64,000 nucleotides of DNA from Octopus sinensis (taxonomy: Eukaryota): the NCBI RefSeq assembly GCF_006345805.1, contig NC_043001.1, forward strand, positions 95,976,001 through 96,040,000. The letters run 5' to 3'. Every line of letters begins with the position of its first letter. The stretch's first letter is position 1. Under the pieces are notes generated by a model. The model saw only the letters and a program-made list of their open reading frames with translations. It was not told where the DNA came from and did not search any database. Of this stretch, positions 12,401 to 27,472 are shown piece after piece. The position numbers and the translations under genes were made by a program.

Positions 12401-14110
12401 CAACCACTGAGATGATTACGGTAGTGAATATCAGTAGCATCATGAGGTTTTATTATAACTTTGATACAAAGCAATATAATCCCAAGGAAAAGTTATAGTT
12501 ATTATATGCAGATAAATTATATATATAATATATCCCACGAAGACTTGAAAGGCAATATAACCATAGTTTTTATATTTTGCTATATTATACAGCGTCGAAG
12601 TGTCTTCTCTTCAAATATCACATGTATAATTTATGCAATTACCATATTTCAATAGATAAATGGACGTGATAGAAGAAAAGGATGTAAATATTAGGCGCTT
12701 TATCCATTAGTGACAAAGTAATCAGAATTATACATTTATGTTTATCGCAAAACATTAGTAACACAAATGATAGGAAATTATTTTAAGCCATTTTGGAATC
12801 CTTGGCATGGCTTGTGCGGTTATGACTCAAAGGTATTCGACAGCAATGTTCGAATATTTTCTCCAGAGATATTGGTGATGGTTCCTCTTTATATTCGATC
12901 CATTATTATTCAACAGATACTTGTAACTGGAATCGTAAATGAACTTATTTGTGTAACAATTTGCACTATAATTAGCAACGACACAGATATTCTGCTCCGT
13001 TCAAATTATATGTAAATATATCATATGACTTTGTACATTACGAATGATAAACTTGCTCGAGTCTGATTTGAAAGAACTCTAGCTGGCATTCGTAACAGCG
13101 GCGTCACCATTATATTTCATGCATATCAAATGAAGCTGTATTTGTTCACACTTTGTATATGTTTAATGGTGGTCACTTTATTCTGGAAATCGTATATTAA
13201 TACTATATTTAACGAAATAATAACCTATATTGTCATTATAGGTTTTCATTTCTTAGCGTTATTTTAAATTCATGTTATACTCTCAATCACTTCCAATGAT
13301 GCAATTATCCAATGTCTAGACACAAATTATTATTTATATTTACTAATACACATATTTCTATATTTCATAACTTCCTTGCATACGTCATTCATATATTTCT
13401 ATGTGTCATGAAGTTCCCATTCACAAAATCCATTGATATGTGTTGTTGTAACTTGTAGGTGTAAAAACAAGAAGTACAGATCTTTGGTGATCGGTGAGAA
13501 ATGTAATAAGAAAAACGGCCTTTAATGTGAATTTTTATGCCCTTAGTTTGGAACTATGGATGACACAGTTTGAAATTTTAAAATGCTTAGATTATGGCGA
13601 AATATATCACACAGAGTTAAACTATTAACAGGTAGTCGCAGAAAGATAGTATTTGAAGCGTTTAATAAGGTTTCAAAATGACTCCGAAAAGCAGTTTTAG
13701 TTACCGTATAACGACACGACAGCGTCATTTGTCTTCCATAGTTGGATGGGACATTACTCGTTACAAAACGTGATATGCGCACAGAATTTGCTTGAGAAAC
13801 GGGGCGAAGCTATCGATTGCAGATTATGAATGTGAAAATTGTAGCAATGTAGCAATGATGAGGATTATGAAAATTTGGTAGTGTTCATTTCTTCAGGGTA
13901 CCTAAAATCATGGATCTAATGCTGTGAACAAAAAAATCTTCTTTACTCTCCGCTTACTCCTTTGTTATCTTATAGTGGATACCTCCTTCTATGGGAAATA
14001 TTATTAATACGATATATATTACTTTACAGAACATTGAAAGACGTTAATAAAACAAGAACATCTGCGTGAATATCTCTGATTTTCCTTATCCATTTCGTGT
14101 GATAAATATA

Positions 14111-14341
14111 TATTTCTTTACTACCCACAAGGGGCTAAACACAGAGGGGACAAACAAGGACAGACAAAGGGATTAAGTCGACTACATCGACCCCAGTGCG
14201 TAACTGGTACTTAATTTATCGACCCCGAAAGGATGAAAGGCAAAGTCGACCTCGGCGGAATTTGAACTCGGAACGTAACGACAGACGAAATACGGCTACG
14301 AATTTCGCCCGGCGTGCTAACGTTTCTACCAGCTCGCCGCC
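14111..14341 (-). mobile_element. SINE family A monomer (A1 tail) with 17-bp TSD
   Basis: TTCGTGTGATAAATATA at 14094-14110 and 14342-14358 flanks a complete copy. Confidence 0.97.
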
Positions 14342-14611
14342 TTCGTGTGATAAATATAGCGGAAGAAGACTGTGAACTGACGGGTGGTGCATCTTCTTCA
14401 TCTGTTTTGGCAGTAATCAGTAGTACAGTTTCATATGCCGATGCACAACAGGGCAAACTGGATAAGCATTCTATTTCCTCTTCTTAAAGTAGACAAAACC
14501 CCTATTTAGTTATCTAAATAATAGGCATGCTACACTCAATGCGCACTCAACAAACTAGCTGAGCAAGTGAGTCATGTCTTTTGGAATCAACCCCACTCAG
14601 AAATTTTCATT

Positions 14612-14823
14612 TTTTCTTTACTCTTTTACTTGATTCAGTCAGTTGACTATGGGCATGCTGGAGCACCTCCTTTAGTCGAGCAAATCGACCCCCAGGACTT
14701 ATTCTTTGTAAGCCTAGTACTTATTCTATCAGTCTCTTTTGCCGAACTGCTAAGTTACAGGGACGTATACACACCAGTATCGCTTAAGAAGCAATGTTGG
14801 CGGGACAAACACAGACACACGCA

Positions 14824-14892
<69 letters not shown>

Positions 14893-15034
14893 TATATACG
14901 ACGGGCTTCTTTCATTTTCCGTCTACCAAATCCACTCAAAAGGATTTGGCCGGCCGGAGGCTATAGTTGAAGACACTTGCCCAAGGTGTCACGCAGTGGG
15001 ACTGAAACCGGAACCACACAGCCACTCCTACGCC
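14612..15034 (-). mobile_element. SINE family B, full length
   Basis: Tail CTCTTTTACTTGATTCAGTCAGTTGACT..GCATGCTGGAGCACC, internal TA array, head ending GCCACTCCTACGCC. Confidence 0.92.
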
Positions 15035-15977
15035 TTTATAGTGTGTTTATCAAGTAGTTTTATCAAGTAATTGCTCATGGACAGCAACATTTGTGCATGC
15101 TGTGTTGCTGGAGTTCTTGCTGGTTTGTTTCTTTTAAATCTGATTTTCTATTTCGGGCCATATAACTGTAACCACCAACTCTGCTGTCACAACGGAAAAA
15201 AGTTTTTCTCCATGAAGTAATAATCGTGAAAATAGTATCTTCTAGGCGGAGTTACGAAAAGTGTGGTATTTTGAAGCAACAAAAGTATCATTATTAGAAG
15301 CAGTAGTAGCAGTAACATTACAATTACTAATAATTGCTATTATAAAACTAAGATTTTATCAAGAGGAAAGCACTAAATCAATGAATAAGGAACAGCGTAA
15401 GCACCTTACGACGTTACAAGCCAATAAACAAAAATATACAAAGACAGACAAGTAAAATAGGATAGGTACTGACAAGACATTCGACGCCAGGCAAAAAACG
15501 GCCCCAATATCTGCATAATTAAAATCCAGTGTACACATCAACAGTAGTTATAAGGAAATTGGATTACAATTCCACGAAATATTAAAAGGAAAATATATTG
15601 TATAAATTTAATGTTTGAACTAAGATATGTCTATCATTATTTCGCGAACAAGACCATATATAAGAAGAAAGACTCAAAAAATAGAAAATACAGTAAGAAT
15701 AAAAAATAAAACTTTTCGGGAGTAAAAAAAAAACAATATTATTTCGAACATACTGAAGACAGGAATATTTCATCAAAAAGCATAAAAATTTCAGGCATTT
15801 ACAACATGGTTTAATTGCCTAATTGGATTCTAAGTAAATTGTACCAGCTGGTGTAACATAAATCGGAGAAAATTATAAAAAGGGTTAAGAAGACATTAAT
15901 AGAAATTGGATTGGTATACATAAGTATTTGAAAGGTTAAAATACTAATGGAAACAGTAAATATTCTGTATTAATCCC

Positions 15978-16052
15978 GGCGGCATTTGAATCCGGAAGAA
16001 ATGCTTGCTAAGCATTTTTTTCGGAGTCCTAGCGATTCTACCATCTTGCCGC
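15978..16052 (-). mobile_element. SINE family A head remnant
   Basis: GGCGGCATTTGAATC...GCTAAGCATTTT...GCGATTCTACCATCTTGCCGCC. Confidence 0.55.
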
Positions 16053-16832
16053 CATAGAGGCAAGAAAACTAATGACTGCATTCATAATAAACCACACAAC
16101 ATCTGCTACAGAACGACAATATTTGCTATGAACGCAGAAATGTAGAGGCCTTAAGCAACTGATACATATTTTATGAATTAACCAAAAAAAGATATCAAGT
16201 AAAATACTCATATAAATATCCATAAATTATGAGCAAAACAAGATATAAACTAACCTTGGTCTTTAAGGAAACTAATGCATTCTAAATAGAGGATAACATG
16301 ATAAACGGGTTTGAAGAAAAATAACAGGAAATTTGAAAACCTGCAATATTAGTAAAAAAATGGGACAGCAGATTGACACGAACGATAAAGGGATAATGAG
16401 AAACTTAACATCGATAATTTAAAAACCAAATATACTCATGGTGGAAATAAACATAGGAATACACAGAATACTGGCTGGAAAAAGCAAAATTTATAGTAGA
16501 GACCAGGAATTTTAAACATAAAATGCTTTCCTTTTGAAAACATTAAAAACCAAGTTTTATGCAGAATACATTGATATCGGAATAAAGCAATTTCATATTT
16601 GCCTGTAGCTTCCGTCGAAAGGATTAGCGAATTAAAGGTTGCATACAATTCAAATTATGTCTGCAAATTCTAACACAACATATAATTGAAACACTTGTCG
16701 GATTGTAATTTAATGTATCGACCTAGGACCTTGTGATTTGAACCCAAATGGAAAAGAACCGGAAGAATATCCACAAGATATTTTGACAAGCTTTCTATCA
16801 ATTGTGATATTTGTTAGCAACATATAATAATG

Positions 16833-17040
16833 CTTCCTACTCTTGCCATAAGGCCTGAAACTATTTAGGAAGGGGATAGCCGAGACATCGACCACAGTGC
16901 CAAACTGATGAGAATCGACCGTGAAATGACGAAAATCGATGCTGAACTCGGCGGAATTTTAACTCACAACTTAAACACAGGGGAAATGCCGAGTAGCATT
17001 CTGAGCGGGGTGCTAACGATTTTTGCCAGGTGATCACCGT
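16833..17040 (-). mobile_element. Diverged SINE family A copy (A2 tail)
   Basis: AAGGCCTGAAA tail, CTCGGCGGAATTTTAACTC B-box region, GCTAACGATTTTTGCCAG head. Confidence 0.7.
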
Positions 17041-17060
17041 TATCAGATTTGTCCGTTCTA

Positions 17061-17609
17061 TTGGATTGACCGGAAAGTTCATGCCGATTTATAGCAGCTC
17101 ACCTTTCGACTTATTTTAGAACATGGTTGAGTCCATAAAATAGGATTTGACTACGCCTCCATTTAGAGCACAGTTTAAGCTATCTTTTCGTAGAAGAAGT
17201 TTTATGCTCCTATAACCTGTGTTAATTCTGTAACCCTTTAAAATGGAAAATAAGAAAATTCATTTTCTGAACTTGATGATTTGGGGACCAGAAAAAAAGT
17301 GCTGCATTTCGGCTGGGATGTGATACCTCACCCTCCATTTGCACCAGATATTGCTCCTTCGGATTTCCATTTATTCAAGTCTCTGCAGAATAGTCTTAAT
17401 GGTAAAACTTTTAATTCCTTGGATGAAGTAAGATACATTGATGAATTCTTTACCATGAAACCACCTCAATTCTGGGAAGAGAGTATTTTCAAGTTAAAGG
17501 AAAGATGGAGACGCATTTATCAACAAAAGGGTTCATATTTGGTTGATTAAATATGTAATGGCAAGTATTTATTGAGATTTTTCTTTCCATTAAAAATCGG
17601 ACAACCCAC
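17061..17609 (+). mobile_element. Internally deleted mariner element
   Basis: TA plus 5' TIR TTGGATTGACCGGAAAGTTCATGCCGATTT. Start MENKKIHF at 17243 is joined to the C-terminus GWDVIPHPPFAPDIAPSDFHLF...ERWRRIYQQKGSY (YSPDL-like motif). Shortened 3' TIR AAATCGGACAACCCAC-TA. Confidence 0.92.
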
Positions 17610-17689
17610 TACTATAAGCTCAAACATGAAATTCGACGGGTAGAGGCTCTTAGTTTACTATAAGTGCAGGGATAAAATAGTACCTATTT

Positions 17690-17812
17690 CAAAGACACCG
17701 AAAGGTTAAAAGAATGACCTCGGTGGAATTTTAACTCAGAACCTGAAGAGGTATGAACTGCCACTAAGCAGTTTTGTCCGTTATGCTAACGTTTCTGCCA
17801 ACTAGGCGCCTT
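17690..17812 (-). mobile_element. Diverged SINE family A copy
   Basis: GACCTCGGTGGAATTTTAACTCAGAAC...GCTAACGTTTCTGCCAACTAGGCGCC. Confidence 0.7.
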
Positions 17813-18312
17813 AATTTGAATAATGGTATTATATCCATAAAACTTAGAAAAACAAATTCTGTAAGATAATACCAAAATATCAACAAAGATGTCTGACTGC
17901 TAGTGTGGATAGGATCCAAGACAGAATTTTATGATAATGTGCAAATTAATAGAAGTAATAAAGATTCATATAGTTGAGTTTAACATTATCAACAGAGATA
18001 AAATTATGAAATAAAAATCGACACAGAAAATATAAATGATTTTATTACGAAAGTCATGGAAGTTTATTTTCTCTCTTGACACCTATTCATTTAAATATTA
18101 TTATGAATCACATTTGAAATCAAAATAAATATTTCGTTAATGTTGCATTTAAAAGAAAAATTATATGACTAGCACAGAATTGGATCATTTCCATAATCTA
18201 TAATTCTATCTAAATTATTTTCTTATCTCTAAAATATTATCTGTCTTCCTCTTTCCCTCTTTCTCTCTCTCTTTCTCTCTCAGTATTATATATGTATATA
18301 TATATATATATT

Positions 18313-18420
18313 GGCCAGCGGGGTGGCGTCATTTGAAAGCTAAAACAATGCGAAGCGCATTGTGATCAGCGATGTGTAGCAACATCTGATAGCCTGGTCG
18401 GTCACGGTGATCACGGTGAT
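18313..18420 (+). mobile_element. Short 3'-end fragment of an RTE-related element inside a TA array
   Basis: Ends TGGTCGGTCACGGTGATCACGGTGAT, matching the 3' terminus of the RTE at 45499-45835 (TGGTCGGTCAAGGTGATCAAGGTGAT). Confidence 0.75.
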
Positions 18421-18444
18421 ATATATATATATATATATATATAT

Positions 18445-18580
18445 TGCAAATCAAATCTGGAACTCGACTGACGAATGAAAACTCCGAATGACCCGTCCTT
18501 GCTTTTTCTTGTCTCTCTTTTGTAATCTTCTATCTGTCTGGGTATTTTGCGTTCTTTTCCCATTTTTTGTATTCTCTAAT
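18445..18580 (+). repeat. Unclassified interspersed repeat (family E), second copy at 57675-57830
   Basis: Shared TCTGGAACTCGACTGACGA...CCGTCCTTG..TTTTCTTGT...GCGTTCT..TCCCATTTTT. Confidence 0.75.
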
Positions 18581-18598
18581 ATATATATATATATATAC

Positions 18599-18668
<70 letters not shown>
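18580..18668. repeat. (TA)n then long pure (TG)n
   Basis: Direct reading. Confidence 0.97.
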
Positions 18669-18670
<2 letters not shown>

Positions 18671-19336
18671 TTACAGGTTAATATAACATGGCAGTTCTGT
18701 CATTTGGCCATGAAGGTTTTCTAGGGATTTAGAGATAGACCCCCCATAAGCATATATATTCTGAAACTGCATTAACTAGGGTACTTGGATAAGTATATGT
18801 TATTATGATCAAAGGGTTCTCCGGGGATCACAAAAAACTGAAAAAAATTTCTTATTCATTTAAATGAAATTTATACCTAGATGAATGAGCGGAAATGTTA
18901 CCTATTCCCAAATATCAGCAAATTTCATTAATATTAAGACACTTTTATGTGAGCTAGATCCCCTTATATTGCAAATTTTAGAAGCCCATAACTTGAGTAT
19001 CTGAACCACTACTTTCAAGGGGTTTTCCTAATAATTAGATGTAAAACAACATTTATAAAAAAAAATGTCTGCAAATTTACATATTTTATGTATGACAAAT
19101 GCTGACTACAATTATAGCAAGAAAAATTATTACTGAATGCCTCTACCTTTGTGACATTTTCTTTTTATTAATTTTTCTTCAGACACCCATTATGTCAGCT
19201 TTGGTCAGAAAGGTGCATTTGTCCAAAGTTAGAAGCCAACTGTAAGACCAAATTTACAATCAACTTCCGGAAAATAAGCATGCTAAAACAGACATGTTCG
19301 GGATTTTAATGCAACAACAGGAACTGTTATTCGAGC

Positions 19337-19344
19337 TATATATA

Positions 19345-19409
<65 letters not shown>

Positions 19410-19483
19410 TATATATATTTACCTACATACATACATATATATATATATGTATATTTATATATATATATAATATATATATATTT

Positions 19484-19570
<87 letters not shown>
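19337..19570. repeat. (TA)n-rich microsatellite
   Basis: Direct reading. Confidence 0.95.
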
Positions 19571-19572
<2 letters not shown>

Positions 19573-20589
19573 ATAAATGAATAAATCTTGGAGTAGCAAA
19601 ATAAATTTAGAAAAATTTTGTTTTATTTACAAAATTTGCCGAAACTATGCATAGTCCAGAAAAGATAGGGTAAACGTTTTTATTTCTCTTTCCATTTCAG
19701 AATTACAACTATTAGTGGTTTGGAGCTTAACTGCTCTTTCCAGATGTCCTATTATGGTAATCTCTTATGTGTTTAAATGTATATATATATATATATATAT
19801 GTGTATATTTACATACACACACATACACTGTGTATGTGTGTGTGTGTAAATATATGCTCATATACATACTCATTTACGCGTTAAAGTATATTTCTATTCT
19901 GAGACGCAAGTATGATGGAATTTATTATAATTTAACGGTTTACAACATGAATTGGAATAAGGCACCAAATAGAGTAAAATGGAATTGGCTTCGAACACCC
20001 TTCACAGTGTTTCGCGTTATTATAATAACTACTTTCTTACATGCCTGGAACAACTGCACGCAAGCACTAATTATGACTTTACACAGTGAGCATTGAATAT
20101 AGATTTTGTATTTCTTCTCTGTATATGAATAGTTCGTGTATGAATTTTATGTCTTCCTTTGAGTGAATCACGAAATATCTCCTAGCTTCAATGAAACGAC
20201 GTGTTTTATATACCCTGTAGAAGTACCAATAATTTTCTATTATTTCCTATTTTTAGATTAGCACGCTTCAATTCCTTTAAAACATATATCAAAGCTTCAC
20301 TCCTGAGATAGTGGATAACATTTTCTTACAGTGTCATATGAATAGTTAGAAGACTTGACTGAAGGATAAGATTATTTTATTCACTGCATTTTTCGTATAG
20401 TAGAGCTTATTCGATTCATATGAGAAACGATACCGTAAACTAACCAACTCAGTACGAGCGTTACGTGAAATCGAGTGACATGAAGTGTGCACGTGGTAAT
20501 ATACTAAATATCAGTACAGAATTCGATAACTGCAATAATTCATATATTCCTGTAGAACCAAAATTCGTGTCAAAGGTAAGTAATATAAT

Positions 20590-21910
20590 GCAGGAAACTG
20601 AGGCCCCTCCCAGAAGGAAAGATGCTTTTGTCATCTCCTTCCAGAAAGGAGGGGCAATACAGAACTTAGTAGAGAAGCTGGATGACCACAGATAGGAGCC
20701 CTTGTCCTGGACAGAGGACGAAGATTGGCCTCCGCTGGTAACTACGAAGGTCATATCGGATGTCGCTATGTTCAGGGTGATGGGCGCCTTCTCGAAAGAC
20801 ATGTTCAGATTTACGTTCTGGGGCCTCGACCTAGATTTAGAACAGTACCTAAACGGGGACTGGGGGATGGCGGGCCCAGGCTCTTAAATTTAAGGGTATT
20901 TCCCGGCGGTCGATTGGGAAGGGTCAAGCGCGATTTTGACCCTGTGGACCCCATCGGCCGCAACAGAACTGGTTTTTCCAAATTTCTTGAAAATGGCTGG
21001 CTGCAGGTATCCGGTGATACTTGAGGGACGTCCCCCAAAGTGTCACTCGTGCCTGCAGCCAGGCCACATTAAAATGAACTGCCCCCAGGACCATGGTAAG
21101 GTCCTGGAACAGTCACCAGATGCCACCTCCCATACCCGGTCAAAGGTAGAGGTGGATGTGGTCGAGGAGGCTTCAACCTCCTCAACTCAAAAAGGATTAA
21201 AAAGAAAGAAGGCGGGCAACAATAGTTGCCCGCCGAAGGAACCTAAGGCTTCGGGAGGCGGGGGAGAGTCTCCGGACAAAGCGGAAGGGCTCCACTCTCC
21301 CGAAGCCAGGAAGAAAAGAAAAAAAAGAAAGAAGAACGGATCATCTCAGCTGGGAGATGATGTGCCGACTGCATATCTCGAAGTTGTGCCACCCACGGTG
21401 GAAGAAACCACCCCCACCCTTAAAGATGATCAATTGATTATCTTTTTCTACAAGGGCGGGGAGGTGGAAAAATAGTAGAAGAACATAAAGAAACAGTAGA
21501 TATGTCCTTCACACGGGATCCCGAATGACCTCCGCAGATAGATGTGGAGGTCATAAAGTTTCCCTTGTGGGAAAGGCTTAAAGGATTTGGGGAGGAGTGT
21601 CGCATATGGCCGGGTGGCACTTACACGACTTACATGTCCTACATGTGTGAGGCATGGGAAATGGCGGGATACAGGAACTCAAGCGGCGTTGAAGATAATG
21701 ATGAATATATCGATGGATATATCGAAGAGTAGGAGGTGAAAGATCCTCGTTACAGAGTTTGAAACCTCACCTTATTGGACTATTTTGTAGTGGTTAATAA
21801 CCTTAATTTTGTGTTTTAAGAAAAAAAAGAGAATATGTTACCTAAGAGGTTTTAGTGCCTCTTCCTTGTAAAAGGTTTGAAACCTTATATTGATTAAAAA
21901 AAAAAAAAGA
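20590..21910 (+). mobile_element. Decayed gag/ORF1-like zinc-knuckle element with poly(A) tail and no visible ORF2
   Basis: GC-rich island. ORFs 20465, 20702 and 20936 share one frame separated by stops. CX2CX4HX4C knuckle CHSCLQPGHIKMNC. Continues after a frameshift in the A-run near 21470 to a stop at 21732. ATTAAA plus A-run at about 21893-21909. Confidence 0.7.
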
Positions 21911-22051
21911 AAATATGTTTTCGAGAAAAATCCAATCGGCGGGTGTTGTGTTTCGTCTCTCATCTATTCATTATAATTCATTTCATTCATTAATGTCTTT
22001 GTCCAGCCCGCAAAGCTCTTTGTACTGTCTATATGACAAATTTATGAAATA

Positions 22052-22430
22052 AAGTAGCTTGTTTACCAACCACATGGTTCTGGGTTCAGTCCCACTGCGT
22101 GGCAACTTGGGCAAGTGTCTTCTACTATAGCCTCGGGCCGACCAAAGGCTTGTGAATGGATTTGGGAGACGGAAACTGAAAGAAGCCCGTCGTATATATG
22201 TATATATGTGTATGTGCGTGTATGTTTGAGTGTCTGTGTTTGTCCCCCTAGCATTGCTTGACAACCAATGCTGGTGTGTTTATGACCCCGTCACTTAACG
22301 GTTCGGCAAAAGAGACCGATAGAATAAGTACTGGGCTTACAAAGAATAAGTCCCGGGGTTGAGTTGCTCGATTAAAGGCGGTGCACCTGCATAGCCGCAG
22401 TCAAAATGACTGTAACAAGTAAAAAGAGAT
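22052..22430 (+). mobile_element. SINE family B, slightly 5'-truncated
   Basis: AAGTAGCTTGTTTACCAACCACATGGTTCTGGGTTCAGTCCC...CAGTCAAAATGACTGTAACAAGTAAAAAGAG. Confidence 0.93.
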
Positions 22431-23169
22431 ATCAGATTTCAATATTTCCCCCGTCATTTCACTTGCTTTCTTAAACCAGCCACATATAAATAAAATAAGT
22501 CAGTTCTCTTCCAACCATGCTTGCTGAAGGACTTTGAATGAAGGTGCTCAGATTTTACTGGGTTGTATGGGCAAGTGCACAAGCTCTGTACAGTAGAAAT
22601 ACGTGTCGGTCATTATAACCAAATAATTATCCTATACCACCAATTTCAAGATTAAAGGAAAAACTTCTTTTGATACACCTGTCAGTGTAATTTTATAATT
22701 GTTTGAAATATATATATATATTGAAGAAATTGGGGTCAAAAGATTTATTTTTTAATCACTACAAATGTTTAGAGGTAACGAAGTTCTCCAGCTCTGCAGG
22801 TACTTGATTCTGCAAATGCTTCCCTGCATTATCAGATCTAGTTGTGTTTCAGCAGGTGGTATGTAACTATTTTCTCCGTAAGTTTAAAATACTCGACTTC
22901 AAGAACATCTGATCTGTCTATCGTGGCCTGCATTTGGTAGCAGTCACTTAGACTATCAGGATGTTTTGCTGCGGAAAGGCAGTTGGCATAGTGCTTTGAA
23001 TTTGTAAATGTAGTGCAATGGTTATACTGGTACTATTAAAGTGGCTGCCGTTATAAGTAATGGGTATACCACGTCTTTGTACTGCTAATTTATACGTCAT
23101 GGCTGGTTACATATGCGCTTGTCCTTAGATAGCCTTTAATATTCAATCCTCGGACATATACACGCATAG

Positions 23170-23219
23170 ACACAAACACACACACAGGTGCACAGCACAC
23201 GACACACACACACAAATAT

Positions 23220-23272
<53 letters not shown>

Positions 23273-23543
23273 ATATATATATATACAATATATGTATATA
23301 TATATATATATATGTATATGGTATATATATATATAGTGTATGTATATATATGTATATGTATATATATATGTATATATATATATATTATATTATATATATA
23401 TGTATATATATATGTATGTATATATGCATATATATATATATATATTGTATATGTATATTATATATTATATATATATGTATGTATATATGTATATATATAT
23501 ATATATGTATGTATAATGTATATATATATATATATATGTATGG

Positions 23544-23578
<35 letters not shown>

Positions 23579-23787
23579 GTATAATGTACCTATATATATA
23601 ATATATATGTAATGTATATGTATATATATATATATATGTATGTATATTATATATATATATATATGTTATGTATATGTATATCAATATATATATGTTATGT
23701 ATATGTATATATATATTATATATGTATGTATATGTATATATATATATATATGTATGTATATGTATTATATAATGTATGTATATATAT

Positions 23788-23821
<34 letters not shown>

Positions 23822-23824
23822 GTA

Positions 23825-23875
<51 letters not shown>

Positions 23876-23915
23876 TATATGTATATATATATATATAATA
23901 TATATATATATATAA
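23170..23915. repeat. About 740-bp compound (CA)/(TA)/(TATG) microsatellite
   Basis: Direct reading. Source of many spurious YIYI ORFs. Confidence 0.97.
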
Positions 23916-24020
23916 TATTAATTAGAGACATAAACAAAACCACTATTATGCAAATCAATCAAAGAAAGACTTAATACAATACATAAAATTTTTTATATAA
24001 ATTAAATATAATTAAGATAT

Positions 24021-24066
24021 CCACTACGATCGTTTCTTGTCACTTCAATGGACATTCATCAGGTGG
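24021..24066 (-). ncRNA. Minimal type I hammerhead ribozyme motif
   Basis: Minus strand CCAC-CTGATGA-A-TGTC(CATTGAAGT)GACA-A-GAAA-CGATCG-TA-GTGG: intact core, stem I CCAC/GTGG, palindromic stem III ACGATCGT, GUA cleavage triplet. Confidence 0.7.
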
Positions 24067-24264
24067 TCAAGACCTAAAATATAATCAATATTTTTAAGAT
24101 ATAAATTTGAAATGACTAATATATATAAATTATAAAATTATCAATGAAAATATATATAATCAAGAACTAAAATAACCTCTATAAACGATTGTATATGATG
24201 AAACCTAGTATTTAATTTCTCATATTTAAAGATGAAATAGCTAATTTCAAAAAACAAAAAACAA

Positions 24265-24295
24265 AAAACATGTTGTATATATATATATATGTATG

Positions 24296-24327
<32 letters not shown>

Positions 24328-24336
24328 CTATATGTA

Positions 24337-24392
<56 letters not shown>

Positions 24393-24594
24393 ATATATAT
24401 ATAGATAATATATATATTGTATATATATATGTATATATATATATGTATATATATATGTATATTATATATGTATATATAATGTATATATATATATATGTAT
24501 ATATATATGTATATATATATGTATATATATAATATATATGATATATATATATATATATACATATATATACATATATATATACATATATATATAT
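24265..24594. repeat. (TA)n-rich microsatellite
   Basis: Direct reading. Confidence 0.95.
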
Positions 24595-26826
<2,232 letters not shown>

Positions 26827-27122
26827 TATATATGTATACACATATACATATATATATATATGTATATATATATATGTATATATATGTATATAATATATAT
26901 TATATATATATATATATATATGTATTTATATATATGTATATATATGTATATATATATATATGTATATATATATATACATATCATGCTACACACACCTACA
27001 CACACTCCAATGTACTCATACCCATACATATACATATAGATATTCACATTCATATGCAAACCCTTCTACGTATATGTATGTATGTACATATATATATATA
27101 TATGTGTGTGTGTGGTGTGTGT

Positions 27123-27160
<38 letters not shown>

Positions 27161-27185
27161 TATGTATTTGTAGAGATAGATATAT
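26827..27185. repeat. (TA)n/(CA)n/(TG)n compound microsatellite
   Basis: Direct reading. Confidence 0.93.
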
Positions 27186-27296
27186 AGATAGATAAAGAGA
27201 GCGAGAGAGAGATAAAAATACTTCTTCCATTTAAGGCATCGTTCTCTAGGTTTCCAAGGTTTTTTTTATCATACTTTAAGGAATTCCTTTCATTTA

Positions 27297-27343
<47 letters not shown>

Positions 27344-27345
<2 letters not shown>

Positions 27346-27452
27346 TCTTTTACTCTTTTACTTGTTTCAGTCATATGACAGCGGCCATGCTGGAGCACCG
27401 CCTTTAATCGAGCAACTCGACCCCGGGACTTATTCTTTTGTAAGCCCAGTAC
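27344..27452 (-). mobile_element. SINE family B 3' tail only, flanked both sides by (TA)n
   Basis: CTCTTTTACTCTTTTTACTTGTTTCAGTCATATGACAGCGGCCATGCTGGAGCACCGCC...GTAAGCCCAGTAC. Confidence 0.93.
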
Positions 27453-27472
27453 TATATATATATATATATATA

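Noticed and set aside
18460-18505. CTGACGA...GAA..CCGTC in family E repeats (also 57690-57735)
   Set aside because: GAAA is disrupted in both copies and stem I does not pair. It needs a family consensus before any claim.
19705-19748. Minus-strand CTGGAAA-GAGC-loop-GCTC-CAAAC hammerhead-like remnant
   Set aside because: Multiple core substitutions and a weak stem I
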